Shown here piece after piece: positions 1-14,489 of a stretch of 64,000 bases of DNA (positions are counted from its first letter, which is position 1; every line of letters begins with the position of its first letter). The stretch is from assembly GCA_964016885.1 (NCBI GenBank), contig OZ024745.1, positions 61,132,001 to 61,196,000 of the forward strand. Reading direction: 5' to 3'. The notes beneath the pieces were generated by a model. That model ran no database searches. It was given only the letters and a program-made list of their open reading frames with translations, and was not told the DNA's origin. The DNA is from Eledone cirrhosa. Its lineage: Eukaryota. The position numbers and the translations under genes were made by a program.

Positions 1-3000
1 CTGATCATCTAGGTAACGGTGGTTGTATGGCTAGGACAGTTCTCCTCAGATCACCTAGGTAACTGTGGTTGTATGACTAGGACAGTTCTCCTCTGATCAC
101 CTAGGTAACTGTGGTTGTATGGCTAGGACAGTTCTCCTCAGATCACCTTGGTAACTGTGGTTGTATGAATAGGACAGTTCACCTCTGATCACCTAGGTAA
201 CTGTGGTTGTATGGCTAGGACAGTTCTCCTCAGATCACCTAGGTAACTGGTTGTATGGCTAGGACAGTTCTCCTCAGATCACCTAGGTAACTGTGGTTGT
301 ATGACTAGGACAGTTCTGCTCTGATCACCTAGGTAACTGTGGTTGTATGGCTAGGACAGTTCTCCTCTGATCACCTAGGTAACTGTGGTTGTATGTCTAG
401 GACAGTTCTCCTCAGATCACCTAGGTAACTGTGGTTGTATGGCTAGGACAGTTCTCCTCAGATCACCTAGGTAACTGTGGTTGTATGGCTAGGACAGTTC
501 TGCTCAGATCACCTAGGTAACTGGTTGTATGGCTAGGACAGTTCTCCTCTGATCACCTAGGTAACTGTGGTTGTATGTCTAGGACAGTTCTCCTCTGATC
601 ACCTAGGTAACTGTGGTTGTATGGCTAGGACAGTTCTCCTCAGATCACCTAGGTAACTGTGGTTGTATGTCTAGGACAGTTATCCTCTGATCACCTAGGT
701 AACTGTGGTTGTATGTCTAGGACAGTTCTCCTCAGATCACCTAGGTAACTGTGGTTGTATGGCTAGGACAGTTCTCCTCTGATCACCTAGGTAACTGTGG
801 TTGTATGGCTAGGACAGTTCTCCTCAGATCACTTAGGTAACTGTTGTTGTATTGCTAGGACAGTTCTCCTCTGATCACCTAGGTAACTGTGGTTGTATGT
901 CTAGGACAGTTCTCCTCTGATCACCTAGGTAACTGTGGTTGTATGTCTAGGACAGTTCTCCTCTGATCACCTAGTTACCTGTGGTTGTATGGCTAGGACA
1001 GTTCTCCTCTGATCACCTAGGTAACTGTGGTTGTATGGCTAGGACAGTTCTCCTCAGATCACCTAGGTAACTGTTGTTGTATTGCTAGGACAGTTCTCCT
1101 CTGATCACCTAGGTAACGGTGGTTGTATGGCTAGGACAGTTCTCCCCAGATCACCTAGGTAACTGTGGTTGTATGGCTAGGACAGTTCTCCTCAGATCAC
1201 CTAGGTAACTGTTGTTGTATTGCTAGGACAGTTCTCCTCAGATCACCTAGGTAACTGTGGTTGTATTGCTAGGACAGTTCTCCTCAGATCACCTAGGTAA
1301 CTGTGGTTGTATGGCTAGGACAGTTCTCCTCAGATTACCTAGGTAACTGTGGTTGTATGGCTAGGACAGTTCTCCTCAGATCACCTAGGTAACTGTGGTG
1401 GTATGGCTAGGACAGTTCTTTTCAGATCACCTAGGTAACTGTGGTTGTATGGCTAGGACAGTTCTCCTCAGATCACCTAGGTAACTGTGGTTGTATTGCT
1501 ATGACAGTTCTCCTCTGATCACCTAGGTAACTGTGGTTGTATGGCTAGGACAGTTCTCCTCAGATCACCTAGGTAACTGTGGTGGTATGGTTAGGACAGT
1601 TCTCCTCAGATCACCTAGGTAACTGTGGTGGTATGGCTAGGACAGTTCTCCTCAGATCACCTAGTTTACTGTGGTTGTATGGCTAGGACAGTTCTCCTCA
1701 GATTATCTAGGTAACTGTGGTTGTATGGCTAGGACAGTTCTCCTCAGATCATCTAGGTAACTGTGGTTGTTTGGCTAGGACAGTTCTCCTCTGATCACCT
1801 AGGTAACTGTGGTTGTATGGCTAGGACAGTTCTCCTCAGATCACCTTGGTAACTGTGGTTATATGAATAGGACAGTTCACCTCTGATCACCTAGGTAACT
1901 GTGGTTGTATGGCTAGGACAGTTCTCCTCTGATCACCTAGGTAACTGTGGTTGTATGGCTAGGACAGTTCTCCTCAGATCACCTAGGTAACTGTGGTTGT
2001 ATTGCTAGGACAGTTCTCAGATCACCTAGGTAACTGATTGTATGGCTAGGGCAGTTCTCCTCAGATCACCTAGGTAACTGTGGTTGTATGACGAGGACAG
2101 TTCTCCTCTGATCACGTAGGTAACTGTGGTTGTATGGCTAGGACAGTTCTCCTCTGATCACCTAGGTAACGGTGGTTGTATGGCTAGGACAGTTCTCCTC
2201 TGATCACCAGTGTAACTGTGGTTGTATGACTAGGACAGTTCTCCTCTGATCACCTAGGTAACTGTGGTTGTATGGCTAGGACAGTTCTCCTCAGATCACC
2301 TAGGTAACTGGTGGTATGGCTAGGACAGTTCTCCTCAGATCATCTAGGTAACTGTGGTTGTATGACTAGGACAGTTCTCCTCTGATCACCTAGGTAACTG
2401 TGGTTGTATGGCTAGGACAGTTCTCCTCTGATCACCTAGGTAACTGTGGTGGTATGGCTAGGACAGTTCTCCTCTGATCACCTAGGTAACTGTGGTTGTA
2501 TGGCTAGGACAGTTCTCCTCAGATCACCTAGGTAACTGTGGTTGTATGTCTAGGACAGTTCTCCTCTGATCACCTAGGTAACTGTGGTTGTATGTCTAGG
2601 ACAGTTCTCCTCAGATCACCTAGGTAACTGTGGTTGTATGGCTAGGACAGTTCTCCTCTGATCACCTAGGTAACTGTGGTTGTATGGCTACGACAGTTCT
2701 CCTCAGATCACTTAGGTAACTGTTGTTGTATTGCTAGGACAGTTCTCCTCTGATCACCTAGGTAACTGTGGTTGTATGTCTAGGACAGTTCTCCTCTGAT
2801 CACCTAGGTAACTGTGGTTGTATGTCTAGGACAGTTCTCCTCTGATCACCTAGGTAACTGTGGTTGTATGTCTAGGACAGTTCTCCTCTGATCACCTAGT
2901 TACCTGTGGTTGTATGGCTAGGACAGTTCTCCTCTGATCACCTAGGTAACTGTGGTTGTATGGCTAGGACAGTTCTCCTCAGATCACCTAGGTAACTGTT

Positions 3001-6000
3001 GTTGTATTGCTAGGACAGTTCTCCTCTGATCACCTAGGTAACGGTGGTTGTATGGCTAGGACAGTTCTCCCCAGATCACCTAGGTAACTGTGGTTGTATG
3101 GCTAGGACAGTTCTCCTCAGATCACCTAGGTAACTGTTGTTGTATTGCTAGGACAGTTCTCCTCAGATCACCTAGGTAACTGTGGTTGTATTGCTAGGAC
3201 AGTTCTCCTCAGATCACCTAGGTAACTGTGGTTGTATGGCTAGGACAGTTCTCCTCAGATTACCTAGGTAACTGTGGTTGTATGGCTAGGACAGTTCTCC
3301 TCAGATCACCTAGGTAACTGTGGTGGTATGGCTAGGACAGTTCTTTTCAGATCACCTAGGTAACTGTGGTTGTATGGCTAGGACAGTTCTCCTCAGATCA
3401 CCTAGGTAACTGTGGTTGTATTGCTATGACAGTTCTCCTCTGATCACCTAGGTAACTGTGGTTGTATGGCTAGGACAGTTCTCCTCAGATCACCTAGGTA
3501 ACTGTGGTGGTATGGTTAGGACAGTTCTCCTCAGATCACCTAGGTAACTGTGGTGGTATGGCTAGGACAGTTCTCCTCAGATCACCTAGTTTACTGTGGT
3601 TGTATGGCTAGGACAGTTCTCCTCAGATTATCTAGGTAACTGTGGTTGTATGGCTAGGACAGTTCTCCTCAGATCATCTAGGTAACTGTGGTTGTTTGGC
3701 TAGGACAGTTCTCCTCTGATCACCTAGGTAACTGTGGTTGTATTGCTAGGACAGTTCTCCTCAGATCACCTAGGTAACTGTGGTGGTATGGCTAGGAGAG
3801 TTCTCCTCTGATCACCTAGGTAACGGTGGTTGTATGGCTAGGACAGTTCTCCTCTGCTCACCTGTGTAACTGTGGTTGTATGACTAGGACAGTTCTCCTC
3901 TGATCACCTAGGTAACTGTGGTTGTATGGCTAGGACAGTTCTCCTCAGATCACCTTGGTAACTGTGGTTATATGAATAGGACAGTTCACCTCTGATCACC
4001 TAGGTAACTGTGGTTGTATGGCTAGGACAGTTCTCCTCTGATCACCTAGGTAACTGTGGTTGTATGGCTAGGACAGTTCTCCTCAGATCACCTAGGTAAC
4101 TGTGGTTGTATTGCTAGGACAGTTCTCAGATCACCTAGGTAACTGATTGTATGGCTAGGGCAGTTCTCCTCAGATCACCTAGGTAACTGTGGTTGTATGA
4201 CGAGGACAGTTCTCCCCAGATCACTTATGTAACTGTGGTTGTATGGCTAGGACGGTTCTCCTCTGATCACCTAGGTAACGGTGGTTGTATGGCTAGGACA
4301 GTTCTCCTCTGATCACCTGTGTAACTGTGGTTGTATGACTAGGACAGTTCTCCTCTGATCACCTAGGTCACTGTGGTTGTATGGCTAGGACAGTTCTCCT
4401 CAGATCACCTAGGTAACTGGTGGTATGGCTAGGACAGTTCTCCTCAGATCACCTAGGTAACTGTGGTTGTATGGCTAGGACAGTTCTCCTCTGATCACCT
4501 AGGTAACTGTGGTGGTATGGCTAGGACAGTTCTCCTCTGATCACCTAGGTAACTGTGGTTGTATGGCTAGGACAGTTCTCCTCAGATCACCTAGGTAACT
4601 GTGGTTGTATGGCTAGGACAGTTCTCAGATCACCTCGGTAACTGTGGTTGTATGGCTAGGACAGTCCTCCTCAGATCACCTAGGTAACTGTGGTTGTACG
4701 GCTAGGACAGTTCTCCTCAGATCACCAAGGTAACTGTGGTTGTATGGCTAGGACAGTTCTCCTCAGATCACCTAGGTAACTGTGTTTGTATGGCTAGGAC
4801 AGTTCTCCTCTGATCACCTAGGTAACTGTGGTTGTATGGCTAGGACAGTTCTCCTCAGATCACCTAGGTAACTGTGGTTGTATTGCTAGGACAGTTCTCA
4901 GATCACCTAGGTAACTGATTGTATGGCTAGGGCAGTTCTCCTCAGATCACCTAGGTAACTGTGGTTGTATGACGAGGACAGTTCTCCTCTGATCACGTAG
5001 GTAACTGTGGTTGTATGGCTAGGACAGTTCTCCTCTGATCACCTAGGTAACGGTGGTTGTATGGCTAGGACAGTTCTCCTCTGATCACCTGTGTAACTGT
5101 GGTTGTATGACTAGGACAGTTCTCCTCTGATCACCTAGGTAACTGTGGTTGTATGGCTAGGACAGTTCTCCTCAGATCACCTAGGTAACTGGTGGTATGG
5201 CTAGGACAGTTCTCCTCAGATCATCTAGGTAACTGTGGTTGTATGACTAGGACAGTTCTCCTCTGATCACCTAGGTAACTGTGGTTGTATGGCTAGGACA
5301 GTTCTCCTCTGATCACCTAGGTAACTGTGGTGGTATGGCTAGGACAGTTCTCCTCTGATCACCTAGGTAACTGTGGTTGTATGGCTAGGACAGTTCTCCT
5401 CAGATCACCTAGGTAACTGTGGTTGTATGTCTAGGACAGTACTCCTCTGATCACCTAGGTAACTGTGGTTGTATGTCTAGGACAGTTCTCCTCAGATCAC
5501 CTAGGTAACTGTGGTTGTATGGCTAGGACAGTTCTCCTCTGATCACCTAGGTAACTGTGGTTGTATGGCTACGACAGTTCTCCTCAGATCACTTAGGTAA
5601 CTGTTGTTGTATTGCTAGGACAGTTCTCCTCTGATCACCTAGGTAACTGTGGTTGTATGTCTAGGACAGTTCTCCTCTGATCACCTAGGTAACTGTGGTT
5701 GTATGTCTAGGACAGTTCTCCTCTGATCACCTAGGTAACTGTGGTTGTATGTCTAGGACAGTTCTCCTCTGATCACCTAGTTACCTGTGGTTGTATGGCT
5801 AGGACAGTTCTCCTCTGATCACCTAGGTAACTGTGGTTGTATGGCTAGGACAGTTCTCCTCAGATCACCTAGGTAACTGTTGTTGTATTGCTAGGACAGT
5901 TCTCCTCTGATCACCTAGGTAACGGTGGTTGTATGGCTAGGACAGTTCTCCCCAGATCACCTAGGTAACTGTGGTTGTATGGCTAGGACAGTTCTCCTCA

Positions 6001-9000
6001 GATCACCTAGGTAACTGTTGTTGTATTGCTAGGACAGTTCTCCTCAGATCACCTAGGTAACTGTGGTTGTATTGCTAGGACAGTTCTCCTCAGATCACCT
6101 AGGTAACTGTGGTTGTATGGCTAGGACAGTTCTCCTCAGATTACCTAGGTAACTGTGGTTGTATGGCTAGGACAGTTCTCCTCAGATCACCTAGGTAACT
6201 GTGGTGGTATGGCTAGGACAGTTCTTTTCAGATCACCTAGGTAACTGTGGTTGTATGGCTAGGACAGTTCTCCTCAGATCACCTAGGTAACTGTGGTTGT
6301 ATTGCTATGACAGTTCTCCTCTGATCACCTAGGTAACTGTGGTTGTATGGCTAGGACAGTTCTCCTCAGATCACCTAGGTAACTGTGGTGGTATGGTTAG
6401 GACAGTTCTCCTCAGATCACCTAGGTAACTGTGGTGGTATGGCTAGGACAGTTCTCCTCAGATCACCTAGTTTACTGTGGTTGTATGGCTAGGACAGTTC
6501 TCCTCAGATTATCTAGGTAACTGTGGTTGTATGGCTAGGACAGTTCTCCTCAGATCATCTAGGTAACTGTGGTTGTTTGGCTAGGACAGTTCTCCTCTGA
6601 TCACCTAGGTAACTGTGGTTGTATTGCTAGGACAGTTCTCCTCAGATCACCTAGGTAACTGTGGTGGTATGGCTAGGAGAGTTCTCCTCTGATCACCTAG
6701 GTAACGGTGGTTGTATGGCTAGGACAGTTCTCCTCTGCTCACCTGTGTAACTGTGGTTGTATGACTAGGACAGTTCTCCTCTGATCACCTAGGTAACTGT
6801 GGTTGTATGGCTAGGACAGTTCTCCTCAGATCACCTTGGTAACTGTGGTTATATGAATAGGACAGTTCACCTCTGATCACCTAGGTAACTGTGGTTGTAT
6901 GGCTAGGACAGTTCTCCTCTGATCACCTAGGTAACTGTGGTTGTATGGCTAGGACAGTTCTCCTCAGATCACCTAGGTAACTGTGGTTGTATTGCTAGGA
7001 CAGTTCTCAGATCACCTAGGTAACTGATTGTATGGCTAGGGCAGTTCTCCTCAGATCACCTAGGTAACTGTGGTTGTATGACGAGGACAGTTCTCCCCAG
7101 ATCACTTATGTAACTGTGGTTGTATGGCTAGGACGGTTCTCCTCTGATCACCTAGGTAACGGTGGTTGTATGGCTAGGACAGTTCTCCTCTGATCACCTG
7201 TGTAACTGTGGTTGTATGACTAGGACAGTTCTCCTCTGATCACCTAGGTCACTGTGGTTGTATGGCTAGGACAGTTCTCCTCAGATCACCTAGGTAACTG
7301 GTGGTATGGCTAGGACAGTTCTCCTCAGATCACCTAGGTAACTGTGGTTGTATGGCTAGGACAGTTCTCCTCTGATCACCTAGGTAACTGTGGTGGTATG
7401 GCTAGGACAGTTCTCCTCTGATCACCTAGGTAACTGTGGTTGTATGGCTAGGACAGTTCTCCTCAGATCACCTAGGTAACTGTGGTTGTATGGCTAGGAC
7501 AGTTCTCAGATCACCTCGGTAACTGTGGTTGTATGGCTAGGACAGTCCTCCTCAGATCACCTAGGTAACTGTGGTTGTACGGCTAGGACAGTTCTCCTCA
7601 GATCACCAAGGTAACTGTGGTTGTATGGCTAGGACAGTTCTCCTCAGATCACCTAGGTAACTGTGTTTGTATGGCTAGGACAGTTCTCCTCTGATCACCT
7701 AGGTAACTGTGGTTGTATGACGAGGACAGTTCTCCCCAGATCACTTATGTAACGGTGGTTGTATGGCTAGGACAGTTCTCCTCAGATCACCTAGGTAACT
7801 GTGGTTGTATGGCTAGGACAGTTCTCCTCTGATCACCTAGGTAACGGTGGTTGTATGGCTAGGACAGTTCTCCTCTGATCACCTGTGTAACTGTGGTTGT
7901 ATGACTAGGACAGTTCTCCTCTGATCACCTAGGTAACTGTGGTTGTATGGCTAGGACAGTTCTCCTCAGATCACCTAGGTAACTGGTGGTATGGCTAGGA
8001 CAGTTCTCCTCTGATCACCTAGGTAACTGTGGTGGTATGACTAGGACAGTTCTCCTCTGATCACCTAGGTAACTGTGGTTGTATGGCTAGGACAGTTCTC
8101 CTCTGATCACCTGTGTAACTGTGGTTGTATGACTAGGACAGTTCTCCTCTGATCACCTAGGTAACTGTGGTTGTATGGCTAGGACAGTTCTCCTCTGATC
8201 ACCTAGGTAACTGTGGTGGTATGGCTAGGACAGTTCTCCTCTGATCACCTAGGTAACTGTGGTTGTATGGCTAGGACAGTTCTCCTCAGATCACCTAGGT
8301 AACTGTGGTTGTATGACTAGGACAGTTCTCCCCAGATCACCTAGGTAACTGTGGTTGTTTGGCTAGGACAGTTCTCCTCAGATCACCTAGGTAACTGTGG
8401 TTGTATTGCTAGGACAGTTCTCCTCTGATTACCTAGGTAACTGTGGTTGTATGGCTAGGACAGTTCTCCTCAGATTACCTAGGTTACTGTGGTTGTATGG
8501 CTAGGACAGTTCTCCTCAGATCACCTAGGTAACTGTGGTTGTATTGCTAGGACAGTTCTCCTCAGATCACCTAGGTAACTGTGGTTATATTGCTAGGACA
8601 GTTCTCCTCAGATCACCTAAGTAACTGTGGTTGTATTGCTAGGACAGTTCTCCTCAGATCACCTAAGTAACTGTGGTTGTATTGCTAGGACAGTTCTCCC
8701 CAGATCACCTAGGCAACTGATTGTATGGCTAGGACAGTTCTCCCCTGATCACCTAGGTAACTGTGGTTGTATGGCTAGGACAGTTCTCCTCAGATCACCT
8801 AGGTAACTGTGGTTGTATGGCTAGGACAGTTCTCCTCAGATCACCTAAGTAACTGTGGTTGTATTGCTAGGACAGTTCTCCCCAGATCACCTAGGCAACT
8901 GATTGTATGGCTAGGACAGTTCTCCCCTGATCACCTAGGTAACTGTGGTTGTATGGCTAGGACAGTTCTCCTCAGATCACCTAGGTAACTGTGGTTGTAT

Positions 9001-12000
9001 GGCTAGGACAGTTCTCCTCAGATCACCTAGGCAACTGTGGTTGTATGGCTAGGACAGTTCTCCTCTGATCACCTAGGTAACTGTGGTTGTATGACGAGGA
9101 CAGTTCTCCCCAGATCACTTATGTAACGGTGGTCGTATGGCTAGGACAGTTCTCCTCTGATCACCTAGGTAACTGTGGTGGTATGGCTAGGACAGTTCTC
9201 CTCTGATCACCTAGGTAACGGTGGTTGTATGGCTAGGACAGTTCTCCTCAGATCACCTAGGTAACTGTGGTTGTATGACTAGGACAGTTCTCCTCTGATC
9301 ACCTAGGTAACTGTGGTTGTATGGCTAGGACAGTTCTCCTCAGATCACCTTGGTAACTGTGGTTGTATGAATAGGACAGTTCACCTCTGATCACCTAGGT
9401 AACTGTGGTTGTATGGCTAGGACAGTTCTCCTCAGATCACCTAGGTAACTGGTTGTATGGCTAGGACAGTTCTCCTCAGATCACCTAGGTAACTGTGGTT
9501 GTATGACTAGGACAGTTCTGCTCTGATCACCTAGGTAACTGTGGTTGTATGGCTAGGACAGTTCTCCTCTGATCACCTAGGTAACTGTGGTTGTATGTCT
9601 AGGACAGTTCTCCTCAGATCACCTAGGTAACTGTGGTTGTATGGCTAGGACAGTTCTCCTCAGATCACCTAGGTAACTGTGGTTGTATGGCTAGGACAGT
9701 TCTCCTCAGATCACCTAGGTAACTGGTTGTATGTCTAGGACAGTTCTCCTCTGATCACCTAGGTAACTGTGGTTGTATGTCTAGGACAGTTCTCCTCAGA
9801 TCACCTAGGTAACTGTGGTTGTATGGCTAGGACAGTTCTCCTCTGATCACCTAGGTAACTGTGGTTGTATGTCTAGGACAGTTCTCCTCTGATCACCTAA
9901 TTAGCTGTGGTTGTATGGCTAGGACAGTTCTCCTCTGATCACCTAGGTAACTGTGGTTGTATGGCTAGGACAGTTCTCCTCAGATCACCTAGGTAACTGT
10001 TGTTGTATTGCTAGGACAGTTCTCCTCTGATCACCTAGGTAACGGTGGTTGTATGGCTAGGACAGTTCTCCCCAGATCACCTAGGTAACTGTGGTTGTAT
10101 GGCTAGGACAGTTCTCCTCAGATCACCTAGGTAACTGTTGTTGTATTGCTAGGACAGTTCTCCTCAGATCACCTAGGTAACTGTGGTTGTATTGCTAGGA
10201 CAGTTCTCCTCAGATCACCTAGGTAACTGTGTTTGTATGGCTAGGACAGTTCTCCTCAGATTACCTAGGTAACTGTGGTTGTATGGCTAGGACAGTTCTC
10301 CTCAGATCACCTAGGTAACTGTGGTGGTATGGCTAGGACAGTTCTTTTCAGATCACCTAGGTAACTGTGGTTGTATGGCTAGGACAGTTCTCCTCAGATC
10401 ACCTAGGTAACTGTGGTTGTATTGCTATGACAGTTCTCCTCTGATCACCTAGGTAACTGTGGTTGTATGGCTAGGACAGTTCTCCTCAGATCACCTAGGT
10501 AACTGTGGTGGTATGGTTAGGACAGTTCTCCTCAGATCACCTAGGTAACTGTGGTGGTATGGCTAGGACAGTTCTCCTCAGATCACCTAGTTTACTGTGG
10601 TTGTATGGCTAGGACAGTTCTCCTCAGATTATCTAGGTAACTGTGGTTGTATGGCTAGGACAGTTCTCCTCAGATCATCTAGGTAACTGTGGTTGTTTGG
10701 CTAGGACAGTTCTCCTCTGATCACCTAGGTAACTGTGGTTGTATTGCTAGGACAGTTCTCCTCAGATCACCTAGGTAACTGTGGTTGTATGGCTAGGACA
10801 GTTCTCCTCAGATCACCTAGGTAACTGTGATGGTATGGCTAGGACAGTTCTCCTCAGATCACCTAGGTAACTGTGGTTGTATGGCTAGGACAGTTCTCCT
10901 CTGATCACCTAGGTAACTGTGGTGGTATGGCTAGGACAGTTCTCCTCTAATCACCTAGGTAACTGTGGTTGTATGGCTAGGACAGTTCTCCTCAGATCAC
11001 CTAGGTAACTGTGGTTGTATGGCTAGGACAGTTCTCCTCTGATCACCTAGGTAACTGTGGTGGTATGGCTAGGACAGTTCTCCTCTAATCACCTAGGTAA
11101 CTGTGGTTGTATGGCTAGGACAGTTCTCCTCAGATCACCTATGTACCTGTGGTTGTATGGCTAGGACAGTTCTCCTCAGATCATCTATGTACCTGTGGTT
11201 GTATGGCTAGGTCAGTTCTCCTCAGATCACCTATGTACCTGTGGTTGTATGGCTAGGACAGTTCTCCTCAGATCACCTAGGTAACTGTGGTTGTATGGCT
11301 AGGACAGTTCTCAGATCACCTAGGTAACTGTGGTTGTATGTCTAGGACAGTCCTCCTCAGATCACCTAGGTAACTGTGGTTGTATGGCTAGGACAGTTCT
11401 CCTCAGATTACCTAGGTAACTGTGGTTGTATGGCTAGGACAGTTCTCCTCAGATCACCTAGGTAACTGTGGTTGCATGGCTAGGACAGTTCTCCTCTGAT
11501 CACCTAGGTAACTGTGGTTGTATGACGAGGACAGTTCTCCCCAGATCACTTATGTAACGGTGGTTGTATGGCTAGGACAGTTCTCCTCTGATCACGTAGG
11601 TAACTGTGGTTGTATGGCTAGGACAGTTCTCCTCTGATCACCTAGGTAACTGTGGTTGTATGACTAGGACAGTTCTCCTCTGATCACCTAGGTAACTGTG
11701 GTTGTATGGCTAGGACAGTTCTCCTCAGATCACCTAGGTAACTGTGGTTGTATGGCTAGGACAGTTCTCCTCTGATCACCTAGGTAACTGTGGTTGTATG
11801 GCTAGGACAGTTCTCCTCAGATCACCTAGGTAACTGTGGTTGTATGACTAGGACTGTTCTCCCCAGATCACCTAGGTAACTGTGGTTGTTTGGCTAGGAC
11901 AGTTCTCCTCAGATCACCTAGGTAACTGTGGTTGTATGGCTAGGACAGTTCTCCTCAGATCACCTAGGTAACTGATTATATGTCTAGGACAGTTCTCCCC

Positions 12001-12720
12001 TGATCACCTAGTTAACTGTGGTTGTATGGCTAGGACAGTTCTCCTCAGATCACCTAGGTAACTGTGGTTATATTGCTAGGACAGTTCTTCTCAGATCACC
12101 TAGGTAACTGATTGTATGGCTAGGACAGTGCTCCCCTGATCACCTAGGTAACTGTGGTTGTATGGCTAGGACAGTTCTCCTCAGATCACCTAGGTAACTG
12201 TGGTTATATTGCTAGGACAGTTCTCAGATCACCTAGGTAACTGATTGTATGGCTAGGACAGTTCTCCTCTGATCACCTAGGTAACTGTGGTTGTATTGCT
12301 AGGACAGTTCTCAGATCACCTAGGTAACTGATTGTATGGCTAGGACAGTTCTCCTCTGATCACCTAGGTAACTGTGGTTGTATGGCTAGGACAGTTCTCA
12401 GATCACCTAGGTAACTGATTGTATGGCTAGGACAGTTCTCCCCTGATCACCTAGGTAACTGTGGTTGTATGGCTAGGACAGTTCTCAGATCACCTAGGTA
12501 ACTGATTGTATGGCTAGGACAGTTCTCCCCTGATCACCTAGGTAACTGTGGTTGTATGGCTAGGACAGTTCTCCCTTGATCACCTAGGTAACTGTGGTTG
12601 TATGGCTCGGACAGTTCTCAGATCACCTAGGTAACTGATTGTATGGCTAGGACAGTTCTCCCCTGATCACCTAGGTAACTGTGGTTGTATGGATCGGACA
12701 GTTCTCAGATCACCTAGGTA
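1..12720. repeat. 46-bp tandem satellite array, about 277 units, open at the window start; consensus GATCACCTAGGTAACTGTGGTTGTATGGCTAGGACAGTTCTCCTC(A/T)
   Basis: GATC recurs at 3, 49, etc. (period 46), head-to-tail with no spacers; occasional 43- and 44-bp deletion variants. Confidence 0.99.
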
Positions 12721-13415
12721 CTCTTGGGTTCTAAATAATAGCGGGGGAGTTGTAATAAGTGAGGTGGTGGAAAATCATAAATTTTTCTAGGTTGTCTCCG
12801 TTGATTTAAAAAAAAATAACCCAGAATTAGCCGTTTAGTTTTTAATGTATAAAGAAAATTAATTGTTGCAGGAATGCTACCACTTAACCCTTTACATTAC
12901 TCTATATTTACTATTGTATTTTCACAGTAAACACTTTATTTCACATAATAATCTTATATAATATCAAATCTATGAGATTTTGATATTATTTACTTTGAGA
13001 ACAATACCTTAACATACGTATGAGTGGCTAGTTACAGCTGGTTTGAACAGAAAGAGGTGAGAGAATCATGGCCGAATACTGCCGGTTTAAATGCGAAAGG
13101 GTTAACCCTTTCGCATTTAAACCTGCAGTATGATTCTCTCACCTCTTTCTGATCAAACCAGCCGTAACTGACCATTCATACTGATGTTAAGGTATTGTTC
13201 TCAAAATGAATAACATCAAAATCTCATAGATTCGATATTATGTGAGGTAAAGCCTTTACCGTCAAAATACAGTAGTATATATATTATAGAGTAATGCAAA
13301 TGCTAAATGGTTAAAATATAATTTCACCGGAGATAGATTGTCAAAATTTGATAAGTAGTGGGGGTCTGAAAAATTAATAAGTTGGGGTGGGGGATTATCT
13401 GAGACCCGAGAGTAC
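12718..13415. mobile_element. Non-autonomous TIR element (MITE) with GTACTCT(T/C)GGGT termini, interrupted by a nested piggyBac-type MITE dimer
   Basis: Left end gtactcttgggttctaaataat is near reverse-complementary to right end attatctgagacccgagagtac; a related copy lacking the nested insert at about 52785-53060 reads through the TTAA site. Confidence 0.65.
12884..13314. mobile_element. Two inverted copies of a ~225-bp piggyBac-like MITE sharing one TTAA
   Basis: TTAA-CCCTTT...AAAGGG-TTAA termini; central palindrome atgcgaaagggTTAAccctttcgcat at 13102-13105. Confidence 0.8.
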
Positions 13416-14489
13416 TTTGCTTTCTACTGAATGATTATTTAACTGACTTTCTGCTATCTTCATAAATAAATATATTTAAATAAATTACTTTTGCGTTCAT
13501 CATTTTTTTTCTTTTATTGACATAGCTATCTTGCTTTCTCTGCCCAGCTAGCTTGTTAAGATGTCACTGGACTTTTATTTATTTATCATATTTGGTTATG
13601 TTATTTTATTTAAAATGGAAGTTTCAGTTATATTTGGGAAGGGTCATGTTTTCCTAATATTGCCAAAAATAGTAAACGACACTCACTGTTTGGTTTGGTT
13701 TTTGCTTCAGTATATTTTTATATAAATAATTTAGCTGGCAATCAATGTTTATCATTGATTGACCAACATTTGAAAATATAAATATAGTTTCTCAAAGTTC
13801 TTTTGTCACACATTTTTGTGACATCTTCAGTGATTATTGCTGTATTTCCTCCCGTTGTGTTTCTTTAACATTTTTTTTTTGCTTGTCTTTGTTTGTGCCT
13901 GCGTTTGTGTGCATGTATTCTATTTGGTGTGTGCTCATGTGTTTATGCGTTTATATTCTATCTTTGGTCACTAGTGTGTGTTTGTGTGTGGACGTTGTTA
14001 TTGCATCTGTGTATATTTCTATTCTATCTTTGATCACTAATGTATGTTTGTGTATGGTTATTGCTATTGTTGTTGCTATTCCACTCATGTTCAGTAATTT
14101 CCATCAATCCTATTGACACTACAACTGCTGTCAACATAGTGTAATTGATACCATGTAAAACTATTATATTGTCAATCAGTCGATCTTTTCAAGCCTGCAG
14201 CTGCTGATACTAATGTGTAATGGCTATTATGTATAATTTAATGTAAAATGGAGGGAAACTGTTCTTATTTTCTGGATGGGCTTTTTTTTTTTTTTTTTTT
14301 TTTTTCAGGCTCACAATGTTTATTTGTTTATACTTTATTGATGTTTAACTGCCAGTGGTATAAAAGCAACTCTATCAGTTTTTGCAACGAAGTTCAAACT
14401 ATACAAATCCTTGGTAACTTCGATCCTTTGTATGGGTGTGAGAGTTGAACTCTCACAGCTGACATGGAACAAAGAATCCAGTCATTCGA

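Noticed and set aside
1-12720. CRISPR array, coding repeat or ribozyme array
   Set aside because: No unique spacers, no cas genes and a eukaryotic context; stop codons prevent long ORFs; CTGATCA is not followed by a GAAA core
13883-14116. Hydrophobic 77-aa ORF
   Set aside because: Low-complexity GT-rich intron sequence with a non-ATG start
14290-14448. Possible upstream DOCK (SH3) exon after a strong polyT-CAG
   Set aside because: No SH3-like translation and no convincing donor
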